In this document: positions 43,480 to 54,831 of the stretch, piece after piece | Numbering within the stretch: position 1 is the stretch's first letter | Layout: the number at the start of each line of letters is the position of its first letter | Assembly (NCBI RefSeq): GCF_006345805.1 | Contig: NC_042999.1 | Coordinates: forward strand, 110,856,001-110,920,000 | DNA from: Octopus sinensis | Taxonomy: Eukaryota | DNA: 64,000 nt | Reading direction: 5' to 3' | Notes under the pieces: model-generated | Seen by the model: only the letters and a program-made list of their open reading frames with translations | The model's database searches: none | Told to the model about the DNA's origin: nothing | Translations under genes and position numbers: made by a program

Positions 43480-43785
43480 GTCTGAGAATTTTGACTTTGC
43501 AAGCTGCAACAAGTATGACCAGGCTTTGCCCCAGCTCCCTTTCAGGGTTGGTGAAAGCAATGTGGTGGACAACGAAAAACCTGGCTGATGACAGTCAAGG
43601 TTGATCTGGAACCCAGCCTAGACCCCATATCTACAGCGTTCGCTGCTGGAATAAAGAGTGGTTGGAGATTACGCGGTCATTAGCCTCAAATCACCAGGTC
43701 TGGTCTACGTTTGTGAGAGGTGCAGCATTGAGAATGGATGAAGCCAGCTCAACCCAGGGTGAATGCTGTCTCAAGACAAGACAAT
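43480..43785 (+). pseudogene. RTE-like LINE 3' fragment
   Basis: RKTWLMTVKVDLEPSL, then a frameshift, then RWNKEWLEITRSLASNHQVWSTFVRGA. Confidence 0.65.
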
Positions 43786-44018
43786 AAAAACCAATAATTG
43801 AAGTGGTCATATGTTCTTCCACAATCTTTAACAATGTCCCTATTGTTAGGAGTGTTACTACAATTTTTGCATGTTTAATTTTATCAAGTAACAACAGAGA
43901 AAATTTACTTAACTTATAAATATAAATTCTACAGCTTGTATTGAATACTGTTTTCTATTTGCCAAAATAAACAAATAAACACATGCAAACATTAATATAT
44001 TCCACATGCACACCCTTA

Positions 44019-44396
44019 TCTTCTATATATATAAAGCTGAAGTTGTCTGTGTGTGGTAGGTTTGGTAGCCTCCAACTAACACTATCTCCTCCTAGACCCC
44101 GCGGCACAAGTTGACCAAAATTGAGAGTATGATAGAAGAAGGCTTGCTCTTTATTCCATAGAAGATAAAATTCAAATCAGACCATGTTAAGACCCAAAAT
44201 TGTTTACATAAAAAAGGTGCTTTTTTTTTTATGAAAATTTTTTGACTGCTGTGTCGCCATTTTTCGGTGTATTTCAACCCGAAAAATGTTCGCTTAAAGA
44301 GAATAACAAGCTACATAATGCAAAATTTTTACTTTTCAAAAATTCAAATTCTAAAGGGTCACAACAAACCCGAGCAACGCCGGGTGATGCTGCTAG
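44019..44396 (+). mobile_element. Non-autonomous Helitron
   Basis: 5' A|TCTTCTATATATATAAAGCTGAAG. 3' CCCGAGCAACGCCGGG..CTAG|T. Confidence 0.85.
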
Positions 44397-45619
44397 TATT
44401 TATATATGTTCTGTTTGCATGTGTGACTATGTGATCATGTGTGTAAAGATGTGAAACTGCTGATGTTTTAACAGCTGAATCATTGTCAACACCCTTAATT
44501 CTGAAGGTGCTAGCAAAATAATTTCAAGATCAAAGTCTTCAAGACCCCACCATATTAAACTTCTTCATAAGATGAAAATTGTAACATTAAGAATATTTGT
44601 CAAAGCTCAACTAATCACAAATTGTGTGATTTTCCTAATTAGAAATTAGCAATTTTTCTTTTACAGTTACCATCATTTATGATTTTTTTATATCATCAGT
44701 ATCATCATCATCACCACCACCATCACCATCATCATCATCACCACCATCACCACCATCATCACCATCATCATCATCACCACCACCACCACAATCATCATCG
44801 TTGTTGTTGTTATCATCATCATTGTCATCGTCGTTCTTGTTATCGTCATCATCATCATTATTGTTGCTATTATTATCATTATATCAAATACTTAAAAAAA
44901 TATTTTGTTCTAATATTTCTTATACGGTTTTGTTTTCTGTCATCATTTACATAAATTTCTTATCCTGTCATATTGTTGTTATAATTACTAGTGTCATTTT
45001 TTCATATACATGTGGAATGGTAAACTTAAAAAGAAAAAGAAAACAAATTTAAACTTTAACTATATTAAAAAACCAAATCTAATAAAACAATAAAAATGAT
45101 TATTTATCAATGATTCACATTCGCTATTTTAAACTAAAATCATAAGATATTATCAATCAAAAGTTTTGAGATCTAAGGATTTGCTTTTTCCTTTTTTATG
45201 TTTAGGTAGGGTAACAAGTAAAGATCCTTTCGGTCATTAATGACCATGGGATTGCATCTAGAAAGTTCCCATCTGAGGCACAAGTCCGGGCAAGGTTGTT
45301 TAGGGAAGACCAGTAGTCATCCATGCATACAGGCCTCCCCTCTCCACACCACTGATGTTATCCAAAAGAAAAGCAAAGGCCAATACAGATTGGTACCAAT
45401 AATGTTGCAACCCATTTCTACAGCTGACTGAACTGGAGCAAAGCGAAATAAAGTGTCTTGCTCAAGAACAAAACACACAGTCTGGTCCAGGAATCGAACA
45501 CACTACTTCATGATTGTGAGCCCAACGCTCTAACCACTGTGCCATGCACCCTCACATCTTTAGATATAGATGGACGCCATCTATTTGACTAAAAAGAAAA
45601 AAATTAGATTAAAATATCA

Positions 45620-45875
45620 TTCACATCCTCTTCCAGAGTTTCATCACTCCTGAAGGAGAAACCCTTCCCTGGACCCCTTCCACTGCTGTCTCTCTGGCCA
45701 GTTGTGGCAGTGGGTGAGATCATCTTACCATTTTCTCTTTGATCAAACTCTTGATCTTGACCATTGTCTTGGCGTCCATTCTGTCCATTTGTTGTCCTTT
45801 AGTTACACAACGTCACCAGCCCATCTATATTTGTTCTCCTTGATAGTTCCTAAGATGTTACACCTAGATAACATA
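45620..45875 (-). pseudogene. RTE LINE 3' fragment
   Basis: ILGTIKENKYRWAGDVV*LKDNKWTEWTPRQWSRSRV*SKRKW*DDL..WKGSREGFLLQE. Confidence 0.75.
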
Positions 45876-46846
45876 CACCAATAAAATATCATATGAATGT
45901 ATAATTATGGTTAGATAGAGACAGAGTTTGATACATGATCTTTTTCTTGAACAAGACAAATAATTAAATTAAGACATCATTTGAATGTATAATTATACAC
46001 GTATGCCATCATCTTTTAATGTCAGTTTTCATGGTAAAAGCTGGACCACAGGTATGGGTTGGATATGTTTCTACTATAATAATACTTTTGTGTTTCAACT
46101 CTGAGTGAGAATATGTGTTTGCATGTAAAATGATGGTATGTGAATGTGTGTGTGTGTGTGTGTGTGCGTGTGTGTGTGTGTGCGTGTGTGTGTGCATGTG
46201 TGTGTGTGTGTGCGTGTGTGCGTGTGTGCAATGGAAGCAGGATGGTGAACATTCAATGCCGAAAAGAAAAATCAAGCAGTGTTTCAACTCTTTGTGCGTA
46301 TATGTGTGTATGTGAACATGTATACAAGGGAAGTATGTGAATGTTTCTATGTGTGAACTAGCATTCTTTCAATACCAAATGATGATCAAAGTCACATCTC
46401 AAAAGACATCCATTGACAAGTGTATTAATTTGATTTGCCATCCATATTTATTTATAAAATACTACAATTAGCTGTAGTATGGGGCCAGCTAGTAATAATA
46501 TAATTTTGTAATATTTTCTGGAAGTTAGATCCAATTTCTACATCTGTTTTCATTGTCTTATATATTACTTAGTGATAAAGGGTTAAAAATATGATGTTAA
46601 TATCAAGAATTCATTAAAAGTTGGCAATAATTGATGTTGTGGTTGATTTTTATTTTTTAATTACTTTTTAAAGAAATTTAAAAATTATATTAGTATTTTT
46701 ATCTTATAATTTACTTTTTAATTTTGCTGTTTTTATTGTATTTAAAAAATTTTGCACTTCTTTGTAGACAGAAATTCGTACACACACACAAACACATACA
46801 TACATGCATACATACATACATACATACATACATGCATGCATGCATG

Positions 46847-46878
<32 letters not shown>

Positions 46879-47191
46879 CATACATACATACATATATACA
46901 TACATATATTTACATGCATTATGCATATGTGTATGCATATATATATTCAAATACTTTCATATATATATTTATATCAAAGTGCATATGGTTACCCTTTCAT
47001 TTTTCTATGTTTTTTTATATTTACAGTTCTCATTGTATTTTTTCCCCCACTTTTCTTGTGTCTTCTTTGAAATAATTATCTTGTTTGCCATGGTGAATAA
47101 TAACTGATTAGGTAAAATATTGTGAAAATTAAACTCTACAACAAAAATCAATCCTTTCTGTCACTGAAATTTCTCAAAAACTAATCAAATG

Positions 47192-47241
<50 letters not shown>

Positions 47242-47367
47242 ATTATATATATATATATATGTATGTATATATATATATATATATACACATACATGTGTAT
47301 GTGTGAGTGTACCCGTTCATATAAACGTATATATACATGTGTGTGTGTGTATATATACATACATACA

Positions 47368-47403
<36 letters not shown>

Positions 47404-47660
47404 CATATATATAATTTAACAAAGGAAGTAATTTGTAAAAGAAAAATGGAAAGTGATATGTTCAAGGGAAAAAAATATTGCAGCATAATTTTTTTAAATA
47501 ATGTTTAAAAAATCAACTGATTAAAATGTAGGTTGAAAAGACAATAAAATATTTCTTTAATTTAGAGGGATTTTGTGAGCATTTTAAAAATTCTTTTTTG
47601 TTTTTACTTTTTTCATGAAACTGACAAAGTGTAAGTTAGTGAGAGTGAAAGGGAAAGAAT

Positions 47661-47729
<69 letters not shown>

Positions 47730-47844
47730 ATAGATAAATAGATAGAGACAGAGACACAGACAGACAAATACAGAGATGTGGCAAGAATGATGACAGAGAG
47801 GATGAGTGTTGGAGTAATAAAAGTAACTTATTAACTTATCAACT

Positions 47845-48145
47845 TTCATCATCATCATCATCATCGTTTAACGTCCGCTTTCCATGCTAGCATGGGTTGG
47901 ATGATTTGACTGAGGCCTGGCGAACCAGATGGCTGTACCAGACCCCAATCTGATCTGGTATTGTTTCTACAGCTGGATGCTCTTCCTAATGTCAACCACT
48001 CTGTGAGTGTAGTGGGTGCTTTTATGCGCCACCAGCATGAGGGCCCAGTCAGGCAGTACTAGCAGCAGCCATGCTCAAATGGTGCTTTTTATGTGCCACC
48101 TGCACAGAAGCCAGTCCAGCGGAACTGGCAACGACCTCGCTCGTC
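47845..48145 (-). mobile_element. RTE-type 3'UTR copy
   Basis: (CAT)n GTTTAACGTCCGCTTTCCATGCTAGCATGGGTTGG, matching the copies at 3.5 and 12.5 kb. Confidence 0.7.
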
Positions 48146-48174
48146 AGATGAAATTCTAATCCAAGACTGATATA

Positions 48175-48220
<46 letters not shown>

Positions 48221-48789
48221 CGTTGTGAAAGGGATAAATAGATCTTATATGCATATATGTATACATGTAGGTAAGTAGATAGGTAGATATGTATTTATGC
48301 ATGTTTGTACATATGAATATAAGCAAGTAGCTATGTAAGTATATATATATGTGAAGGGTAAAGGGTAAAGACTCCACTCAGTCATGAATGACCATGGGAT
48401 TGTACCTAGAAAGTTCCCCTCTGAGTTACAAGTTTGAGCAAGGTTGATTGTGGAAGACCAGTAGTCGCCCATGCATAACATTCTTCCTTATTTGTGTCAC
48501 TAATGTCCAAAGGAAAGTCAAGGTTGATACAAATTCGAACCAGTGATATTGCAAGTCATTTCTACAGCTGAGCAAACTCAGTGAAGATGCTAGTGAAAAC
48601 ACATGGCTCTTTATACACACACACTTACATACATATAAGTATATATATATATATAGAGAGAGAGGGAGATGAGTTACAGGATTCTTTAGAATCTAGGTAT
48701 ATCAACATGTAGGGCATCAAGATTGGCTGGGCACTGCCTTGTTCCATCATGGCTATTGGTGAACTTGTCACTTTCTATTTCTGTCTTAC

Positions 48790-48845
48790 CTGTTCATATG
48801 TTCAAATCCTATCTGATGGCTTTTGGAGAATGTATTGATTAAATG
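48790..48845 (-). CDS. Candidate internal exon of an unidentified host gene (phase 0 to 2)
   Basis: Acceptor ctgtttctgcag, donor CAG|gtaaga. The only open frame reads HLINTFSKSHQIGFEHMN. Confidence 0.4.
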
Positions 48846-50046
48846 CTGCAGAAACAGTTGTCGGCAATTTACAACCCCATTTGTGTTCTTTACATATATA
48901 TTAAATAAGTATAGGGGTAGTAAGAAGTTTACTTCCGAACCACATAGTTTTGGATTCAGTGCCATTGTATAGCACCATTGGTATGTGTCTTCTATTATAG
49001 CCTTGATTTGACTAAAGTCTTGTGACTGGATTTGGTGGGCCATATATGTCTGTATGTGCATTTGTGTGAGTGTTACTGTCTCTTTGACTTGACCACACAG
49101 GATAGTTGTAAATGAGTGTCACCATCATGCAAGTGGTGTCTCTTGTTTCCAATCTTCTGTGAAAATATGTCTGATCATGAGAAATATTAATTTACTTGGA
49201 AACAGGTGAGAGTTGGTGTCAAGGAGGGTATCTGACCATAGAAATTTGTTTCAATAAATTCTGTCAAAACCATATAAGCATGAAAAAGTGGATGTTAAAT
49301 CAGTGATGTGTTAGCAACAAGAATTTTAATGCAATCAATGCATTTATAATAATTTGTGTCAATTTGTGATTAAAAAAAAAACAAAAAAAAAACAAGCGAA
49401 AAACAGCCAGAATTAAATGAAATATTTTTTACATCATGAAAAAACCTGATACTATTTCTCAGCACATTGTATTTACACTTTGCCTTCTAAGAATTTTGTA
49501 TAAATATCCATCTGCAATATAGTAGGTAGGTAGCAAATTTGGTAGAATGTTAGTTTATTTATTTAAATAATACCCTGTTGTATTTTGTTATGATTTTTGA
49601 TATTCCAGGTTCAACTGCTGGCCATTTCGATGTGGCTTTCATAGATTGATAAAATACTAATGACATTAGAGTAGTCATTCCCACAAAGATAATGACCCAA
49701 CTTAAACAAATGACTAAAACCAGTGCAAGAATTAGAACAAAACTCATCTGGTGTTTATCCATCTGTCTTGTAGGATTTGTTCCAACTCTTTCATTATAAT
49801 TTCAACTCCTGTCAAGGTCAACTCAGCTTTTTATATGTCCAGAGTTGATAAAATAAAGTTCTAGTCAAGTACTGGGGTTAATTATATTCCACTAAAATCA
49901 TTGGCTTTGTGCCTAAATTAGAAACCATTATCTTCATCATTATTATTATTAGTGTAGTACGAGATTTGTAGAATTGAGAAAGTGTTGAAAAGACTGCCTT
50001 GCAGTATTTTGTTCCAATGCTTTACCTTTTGTGTTCAAATTCTTCC

Positions 50047-50391
50047 AATAATAGTGGTTCTGTCGAATTTTTTACATACCATGCTATGTTGTTTTCTTCT
50101 GCCCTAATGCTGTGTTTACATCCAATTAGTCCTCTTTCCCAGCTCTTTCTTGGTACATATAGTCTGTCTGTGTCACGATTTGGATGGAGTATCCTATATC
50201 TAGTTAGCAACTTCTTTGTCTTTCTGTCTAAGCTGTTTAGTTCATCTACTGTCCATGCAATTACCCCTGCTCCATATCTAAAGAGTGAAACCGCCCAAGT
50301 GATGATAGCTTCAATCTTATTCCGTCTGTGTAATTTAGACTTACGGATCAGTCTCAGTCTGCACAATTACTCCACCTTAAATTTTTCTGAC

Positions 50392-50393
<2 letters not shown>
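50047..50393 (-). pseudogene. Older R4/Dong-like RT fragment from a different subfamily
   Basis: RLRLIRKSKLHRRNKIEAIITWAVSLFRYGAGVIAWTVDELNSLDRKTKKLL..HPNRDTDRLYVPRKSWERGL aligns by eye to RVRSILKTELNAKNK..LSKIDRKTRKIL..HPKSDIERLYIQRIEGGRGL of the 875-aa ORF. An in-frame TAA lies just upstream. Confidence 0.85.
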
Positions 50394-50425
<32 letters not shown>

Positions 50426-50519
50426 TAGTTTTATTTTTATAGCATGCTTTCACTTCACTACCGAGCGCAGCTCTGTGTGCCTTGGGTATGTGCTGTAATT
50501 TGTTGTGATGCTCTGATGG

Positions 50520-53147
50520 TTATTGTATGGAAAGTGTTCTGCGTAGGATGTGTGCAGTGCCTAGTAGTGCAATTTTCTGTATGTTATATGTGTTTGTAAG
50601 TCCTGGTGTTTTTGTTATGTATTTGTCTGAATATTTTTTTATCATGCCTAATGCACCTACTATGATAGGAATTGTTTCTGTTTTCAGGTTCCACATTCTA
50701 GTTACCTCTATTTCCAGGTCTTTGTATTTTGAGAGTTTCTCCATTTCTTTTAGAGACACGTTGTCATCTGCCGGTATTGATACATCAATTAGAAAGCATT
50801 TTTTTTCTTCATGATCTCTGACAACTATATCTGGTCTGTTGGCCTTAATTTCTCTATCTGTGTGTATCGGCATATCCCAGAGTATGGTTGCTTTCTCGTT
50901 TTCTGTGACCTTTTCTGGTGTGTGCCTATACCATCTTTTTTCTGTTGTTATTCCATAATGTTGGCATAGCTTCCAATGTATGTAGGTTCCAACTCTGTCA
51001 TGTCTGTGAATATATTCCTTCTTAGCCAGGACTGGGCAGCTAGAGATAATATGATTTATTGTTTCTTGTCCATCTACACATATTCTGCAGTTACTTGTAA
51101 TATTTCTTTTCATTACATGTTTTTGGTAATTTCTGGTGGGGAGGCTTTGGTCTTGTGCTGCAATTAAAAATCCCTCTGTTTCTGCTTTGAGTCCTGAGCT
51201 TCTCAACCATTGCTGGGATTTTTCTTTGTCTATTTCTTTTGCGTTTAGTTTAGTCCAGTATTTACCATGAAGGGGTTTTTCTTGCCATCGTTTTATCATG
51301 GCTCGTTGCTGTTCTATTTTTAGTTTGGATTTCATTTGTTTTATAGCTTTTGTTGTTTCTTCATCATCTTCTTCTTCTTCTTTGTGTTTATTAGGTGGTA
51401 TGATTTCTTGTTTGTATTTGTCAGCTTCCTTAAATACTGAGAACAGTTTTTTGTTTTGCTCGTGTTTTGCTGCTATCTGGATCAGTTTTCCTTCCTTCTG
51501 AAGTAGGTATTTTTGCAGTCCTATGGTGGTTATTTTATAGTAGTTTTCCAGCTGTATAAGGCCTCTACCACCTTCTATACGTTGTATATATAGTCTTTCT
51601 ATGTCAGATTTTGGGTGATGCATCCTAGATCCTGTCAGTATTTTTCTTGTTTTCCTATCTATTTTGGACAGATCATTTCGTGTCCAGTTAAGGATATTGT
51701 AGCTGTAACTTATAACTGGGACAGCTAAAGTGTTGATACCTATTATCTTGTTTTTAGCATTGAGCTCTGTTTTAAGTATTGATCTAACTCGTCTATAATA
51801 TTCTTTTTTTATTTTCTCTTTCATTTGTGTGTGTTGTGTCTTATCTAGTTCATGGATTCCTAAGTATTTGTAAGTTTGGCTTTGGTCTAATTCTTTTATT
51901 TCATTGGTTTTATCTAGTGTGATGTTGTTACTCTTAACTAGTTTTCCTCTTTTCATGGTTACTTTGGCGCATTTTTCTAATCCAAATTTCATATCTATTT
52001 CTTTGGTAAATCCATGAACTGTCTTTAATAGTGTTTCCAGCTGTTTGTCATTTGCAGCATATAGTTTTAGGTCATCCATATATAAAAGGTGGCTGATCGT
52101 TTTGCCGTAACATTTATATCCGCATCCAGTTCTATTTAGCATATCAGATAGAGGTGACAGTGCCAAGCAGAAAAGGAGTGGAGAGAGCGTGTCTCCCTGG
52201 AATATTCCTCTTCTAATGGGGATGTCTTTGGTTTTCATGAGTCCCTCTTTTGTTTGGAGGTGTAGGACTGTTTGCCATTTATTCATAGAGTGCTCTATGA
52301 ATTTTATGATTGTTGGTGCTACTTTGTTAATGGCTAGTGTTTCGAGGATCCATGTGTGGGGGATGCTATCAAACGCCTTTTTGTAGTCAATCCAGGCCAT
52401 ACTGAGGCCTTTCTTCTTTCTGTGGCTGTCTTCAGTTACGGCTTTATTAATCATTAGTTGATCTTTACAGCCATATGAGCCTTTGCGGCATCCTTTCTGC
52501 TCTTTTGGGAACAGTTTGTTTTCGTCCAGGTGCTTGTTCAGCCTTTGCGATATCACTGCAGTAAATGCCTTGAACATAGTAGGGAGGCAGGTTATTGGTC
52601 TGTAGTTTTCTGGTTTTGTTGTTTCATTTGATTTGGGAATTAAGATGGTTTTCCCCTTCGTGAGCCATTCAGGCATTGTCTCTGGCTCTGCTAGTATGCT
52701 GTTAAAGTTTTCAGCCAGCTTTTTGTGCATTCCTGTTAGATATTTCAACCAGAAGTTGGGGATCTTGTCATGCCCAGGTGCCTTCCAGTTGCTTAGTTTT
52801 TGCAGTGCCTGGGTGACCTCTTCAGTTGTTATGGGGGTCCAAAGTTGTTCAGATGCCGAGTTTGTTATTTTCATACTCCTTTTTTTTGGCTGTTCGTTCG
52901 CCGACCATATTTCTTTCCAGAATTCTTCCAATTCTTCTGCCGTTGGTGCTGCAGTGACTTCTATTTTATTTTTGCCCAGTTCTTGGTAGAACTTTTTGGG
53001 GTCGGCGTTGAACTTTTTGTTCTGTTCAAAGAAGCGTTGGCGTTTCTCGTACCGGCGGATCCTTTGAGCTTTGGCAAGGATATCTTGCTTCAGCTTTTCT
53101 TTTATCTCCGGCAAATCTTTTTCTGTGATGTTATATTTGCGGAGCAT
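50520..53147 (-). CDS. R4/Dong-clade non-LTR retrotransposon protein (RT + CCHC + restriction-like endonuclease), N-terminally truncated
   Basis: 875 codons without a stop. RT motifs KAPGHD, NYRPITCL, WIDYKKAFDSIPH, RGIFQGDTLSPLLF and YMDD. C-terminal CRIC..ETINHIISSC knuckle, RHD, and PDIVV..CFLIDVSIP..KLSKYKDL endonuclease motif. Confidence 0.95.
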   Translation of the reverse strand: MLRKYNITEKDLPEIKEKLKQDILAKAQRIRRYEKRQRFFEQNKKFNADPKKFYQELGKNKIEVTAAPTAEELEEFWKEIWSANEQPKKRSMKITNSASEQLWTPITTEEVTQALQKLSNWKAPGHDKIPNFWLKYLTGMHKKLAENFNSILAEPETMPEWLTKGKTILIPKSNETTKPENYRPITCLPTMFKAFTAVISQRLNKHLDENKLFPKEQKGCRKGSYGCKDQLMINKAVTEDSHRKKKGLSMAWIDYKKAFDSIPHTWILETLAINKVAPTIIKFIEHSMNKWQTVLHLQTKEGLMKTKDIPIRRGIFQGDTLSPLLFCLALSPLSDMLNRTGCGYKCYGKTISHLLYMDDLKLYAANDKQLETLLKTVHGFTKEIDMKFGLEKCAKVTMKRGKLVKSNNITLDKTNEIKELDQSQTYKYLGIHELDKTQHTQMKEKIKKEYYRRVRSILKTELNAKNKIIGINTLAVPVISYSYNILNWTRNDLSKIDRKTRKILTGSRMHHPKSDIERLYIQRIEGGRGLIQLENYYKITTIGLQKYLLQKEGKLIQIAAKHEQNKKLFSVFKEADKYKQEIIPPNKHKEEEEDDEETTKAIKQMKSKLKIEQQRAMIKRWQEKPLHGKYWTKLNAKEIDKEKSQQWLRSSGLKAETEGFLIAAQDQSLPTRNYQKHVMKRNITSNCRICVDGQETINHIISSCPVLAKKEYIHRHDRVGTYIHWKLCQHYGITTEKRWYRHTPEKVTENEKATILWDMPIHTDREIKANRPDIVVRDHEEKKCFLIDVSIPADDNVSLKEMEKLSKYKDLEIEVTRMWNLKTETIPIIVGALGMIKKYSDKYITKTPGLTNTYNIQKIALLGTAHILRRTLSIQ

Positions 53148-53156
53148 TTTTGTTCT

Positions 53157-53814
53157 CTTTTTGTTGCTCAGTAGCGTTGCTTGTTTGCTGATCTTTTTGT
53201 TGCTCAGTAGCGTTGCTTGTTTGCTGATTATTTTTGTTGCTCAGTAGCGTTGCTTGTTTGCTGATCTTTTTGTTGCTCAGTAGCGTTGCTTGTTTGCTGA
53301 TTATTTTTGTTGCTCAGTAGCGTTGCTTGTTTGCTGATCTTTTTGTTGCTCAGTAGCGTTGCTTGTTTGCTGATTATTTTTGTTGCTCAGTAGCGTTGCT
53401 TGTTTGCTGATCTTTTTGTTGCTCAGTAGCGTTGCTTGTTTGCTGATTATTTTTGTTGCTCAGTAGCGTTGCTTGTTTGCTGATCTTTTTGTTGCTCAGT
53501 AGCGTTGCTTGTTTGCTGATTATTTTTGTTGCTCAGTAGCGTTGCTTGTTTGCTGATCTTTTTGTTGCTCAGTAGCGTTGCTTGTTTGCTGATTATTTTT
53601 GTTGCTCAGTAGCGTTGCTTGTTTGCTGATCTTTTTGTTGCTCAGTAGCGTTGCTTGTTTGCTGATTATTTTTGTTGCTCAGTAGCGTTGCTTGTTTGCT
53701 GATCTTTTTGTTGCTCAGTAGCGTTGCTTGTTTGCTGATTATTCTTTTTGTTGCTCAGTAGCATTGCTTGTTTGCTGATTATTTTTGTTGCTCAGTAGCG
53801 TTGCTTGTTTGCTG

Positions 53815-53816
<2 letters not shown>
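53157..53816 (-). repeat. 18-unit tandem array of 36-bp (A) and 37-bp (B) units at the LINE 5' end
   Basis: On the plus strand A=CTTTTTGTTGCTCAGTAGCGTTGCTTGTTTGCTGAT, and B has TA in place of the first C. Order from 53157: A, A, (B,A)x7, a 40-bp variant, B. There are no spacers. Confidence 0.95.
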
Positions 53817-53868
<52 letters not shown>

Positions 53869-54077
53869 TTTACCATTATTATTATTATTATCATAAGGCA
53901 ATCAAGCAGAATTGTTAGCACATTCTGAATTTAAATTCCACCAAGGCTGACTCTGCTTTTCATCTTTTCAGGGTCAATAAAATAAGTGCCAATTGTGTAC
54001 TGGAGTCGATGTAATCAACTATCCCGCTCCCCCAAATTTCAGTCCTTGTGCCTATAGTAGAAAGGATTATGTTGATA

Positions 54078-54373
54078 TTATTATTATAGAAACAAAGCTC
54101 AGGTTTTGTCTTATTCCTTGTAGGATTCTTTTGGTTAGCAGGTTACTGTCTGTAACCTTAGGTATTCACATGCTTTCAGCAGTATTTCAAGTGCTTAAAA
54201 CCCTCTCGATAATTGTTGCTGCCCCTAAGAGGCAAACTATCTGTAGGAGCTCTACCAGGCATTCTATTTCAATCTCCTTCAGCCATTTGTCTATATCTTG
54301 GCTACTGTTCCCAATGCACCAATTATTATAGGCACAACCTTTACTGTTCACATGCTCCAAATTCTTTCTTTTC
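54078..54373 (-). pseudogene. Third R4/Dong-like 3' fragment with (TAA)n tail
   Basis: Translates as RIWSM*TVKVVPIIIGALGTVAK, then a frameshift, then IDKWLKEIEIECLVELLQIVCLLGAATIIERVLST*. This is homologous to the C-terminus of the long ORF. Short TAA repeats lie on both sides. Confidence 0.8.
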
Positions 54374-54387
54374 TATTATTATTAATA

Positions 54388-54758
54388 TTATTACCTCCGC
54401 CTTAGTGAAGGCAGGTGTATTGTTTCAGCTGTGTTTATTTGTTTGTTTATCCATGGACAAGATATCTCAAGAACTGCTGGATGGATTCAGATGAAACTTT
54501 CAGGGATGTTTGGACTTGTGACTAGCACAAACTGATTAGATTTTGGGATCAATCCAGTACTGGACAAGGATTCTAGATTATTTTTCCTGTTTTTTTTTTA
54601 CTTAATTTCTGAGAGCGACCAGGTTCATTTTTAGTATTCTCGTTTGTTAGAGCAGTTGAGTTTAGTTCAGATATTCTCATTTTAAAAATCATCTCTGGCT
54701 AATCGATGAGAGGACATTGGTGTTGCCTTGGTGGAGGTTTCCACTCTCTGAGTGCTCT
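54388..54758 (+). mobile_element. Helentron-associated (HINE/DINE-1-like) non-autonomous element
   Basis: Sub-terminal inverted repeats ACCTCCGCC (54393) and GGTGGAGGT (54730), a 5' local hairpin, a (TTTG)-like tract, and a 3' hairpin CACTC-TCT-GAGTG. It sits in (TTA)n. Confidence 0.7.
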
Positions 54759-54777
54759 TATTATTATTGTTGTTGTT

Positions 54778-54831
<54 letters not shown>

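Larger units (their letters stand above)
50394..53816 (-). mobile_element. Young R4/Dong-like LINE inserted in a (TAA)n microsatellite
   Basis: The ORF is followed by a ~98-bp 3'UTR and a (TAA)n tail (50394-50422). The 5' end abuts (TAA)n at 53817-53867. Confidence 0.9.

Noticed and set aside
49607-49660. Plus-strand STAGHFDVAFID resembling a methyltransferase motif
   Set aside because: It is immediately followed by stop codons and has no supporting exons, so it is probably coincidental.
50527-53174. Plus-strand ORFs overlapping the RT gene
   Set aside because: They are antisense shadows of the real ORF and carry no motifs.
53157-53816. CRISPR-like array (36-37-bp repeats next to an RT gene)
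   Set aside because: The repeats are contiguous with no unique spacers, there are no cas genes, the context is eukaryotic, and the unit is the LINE's own coding sequence.
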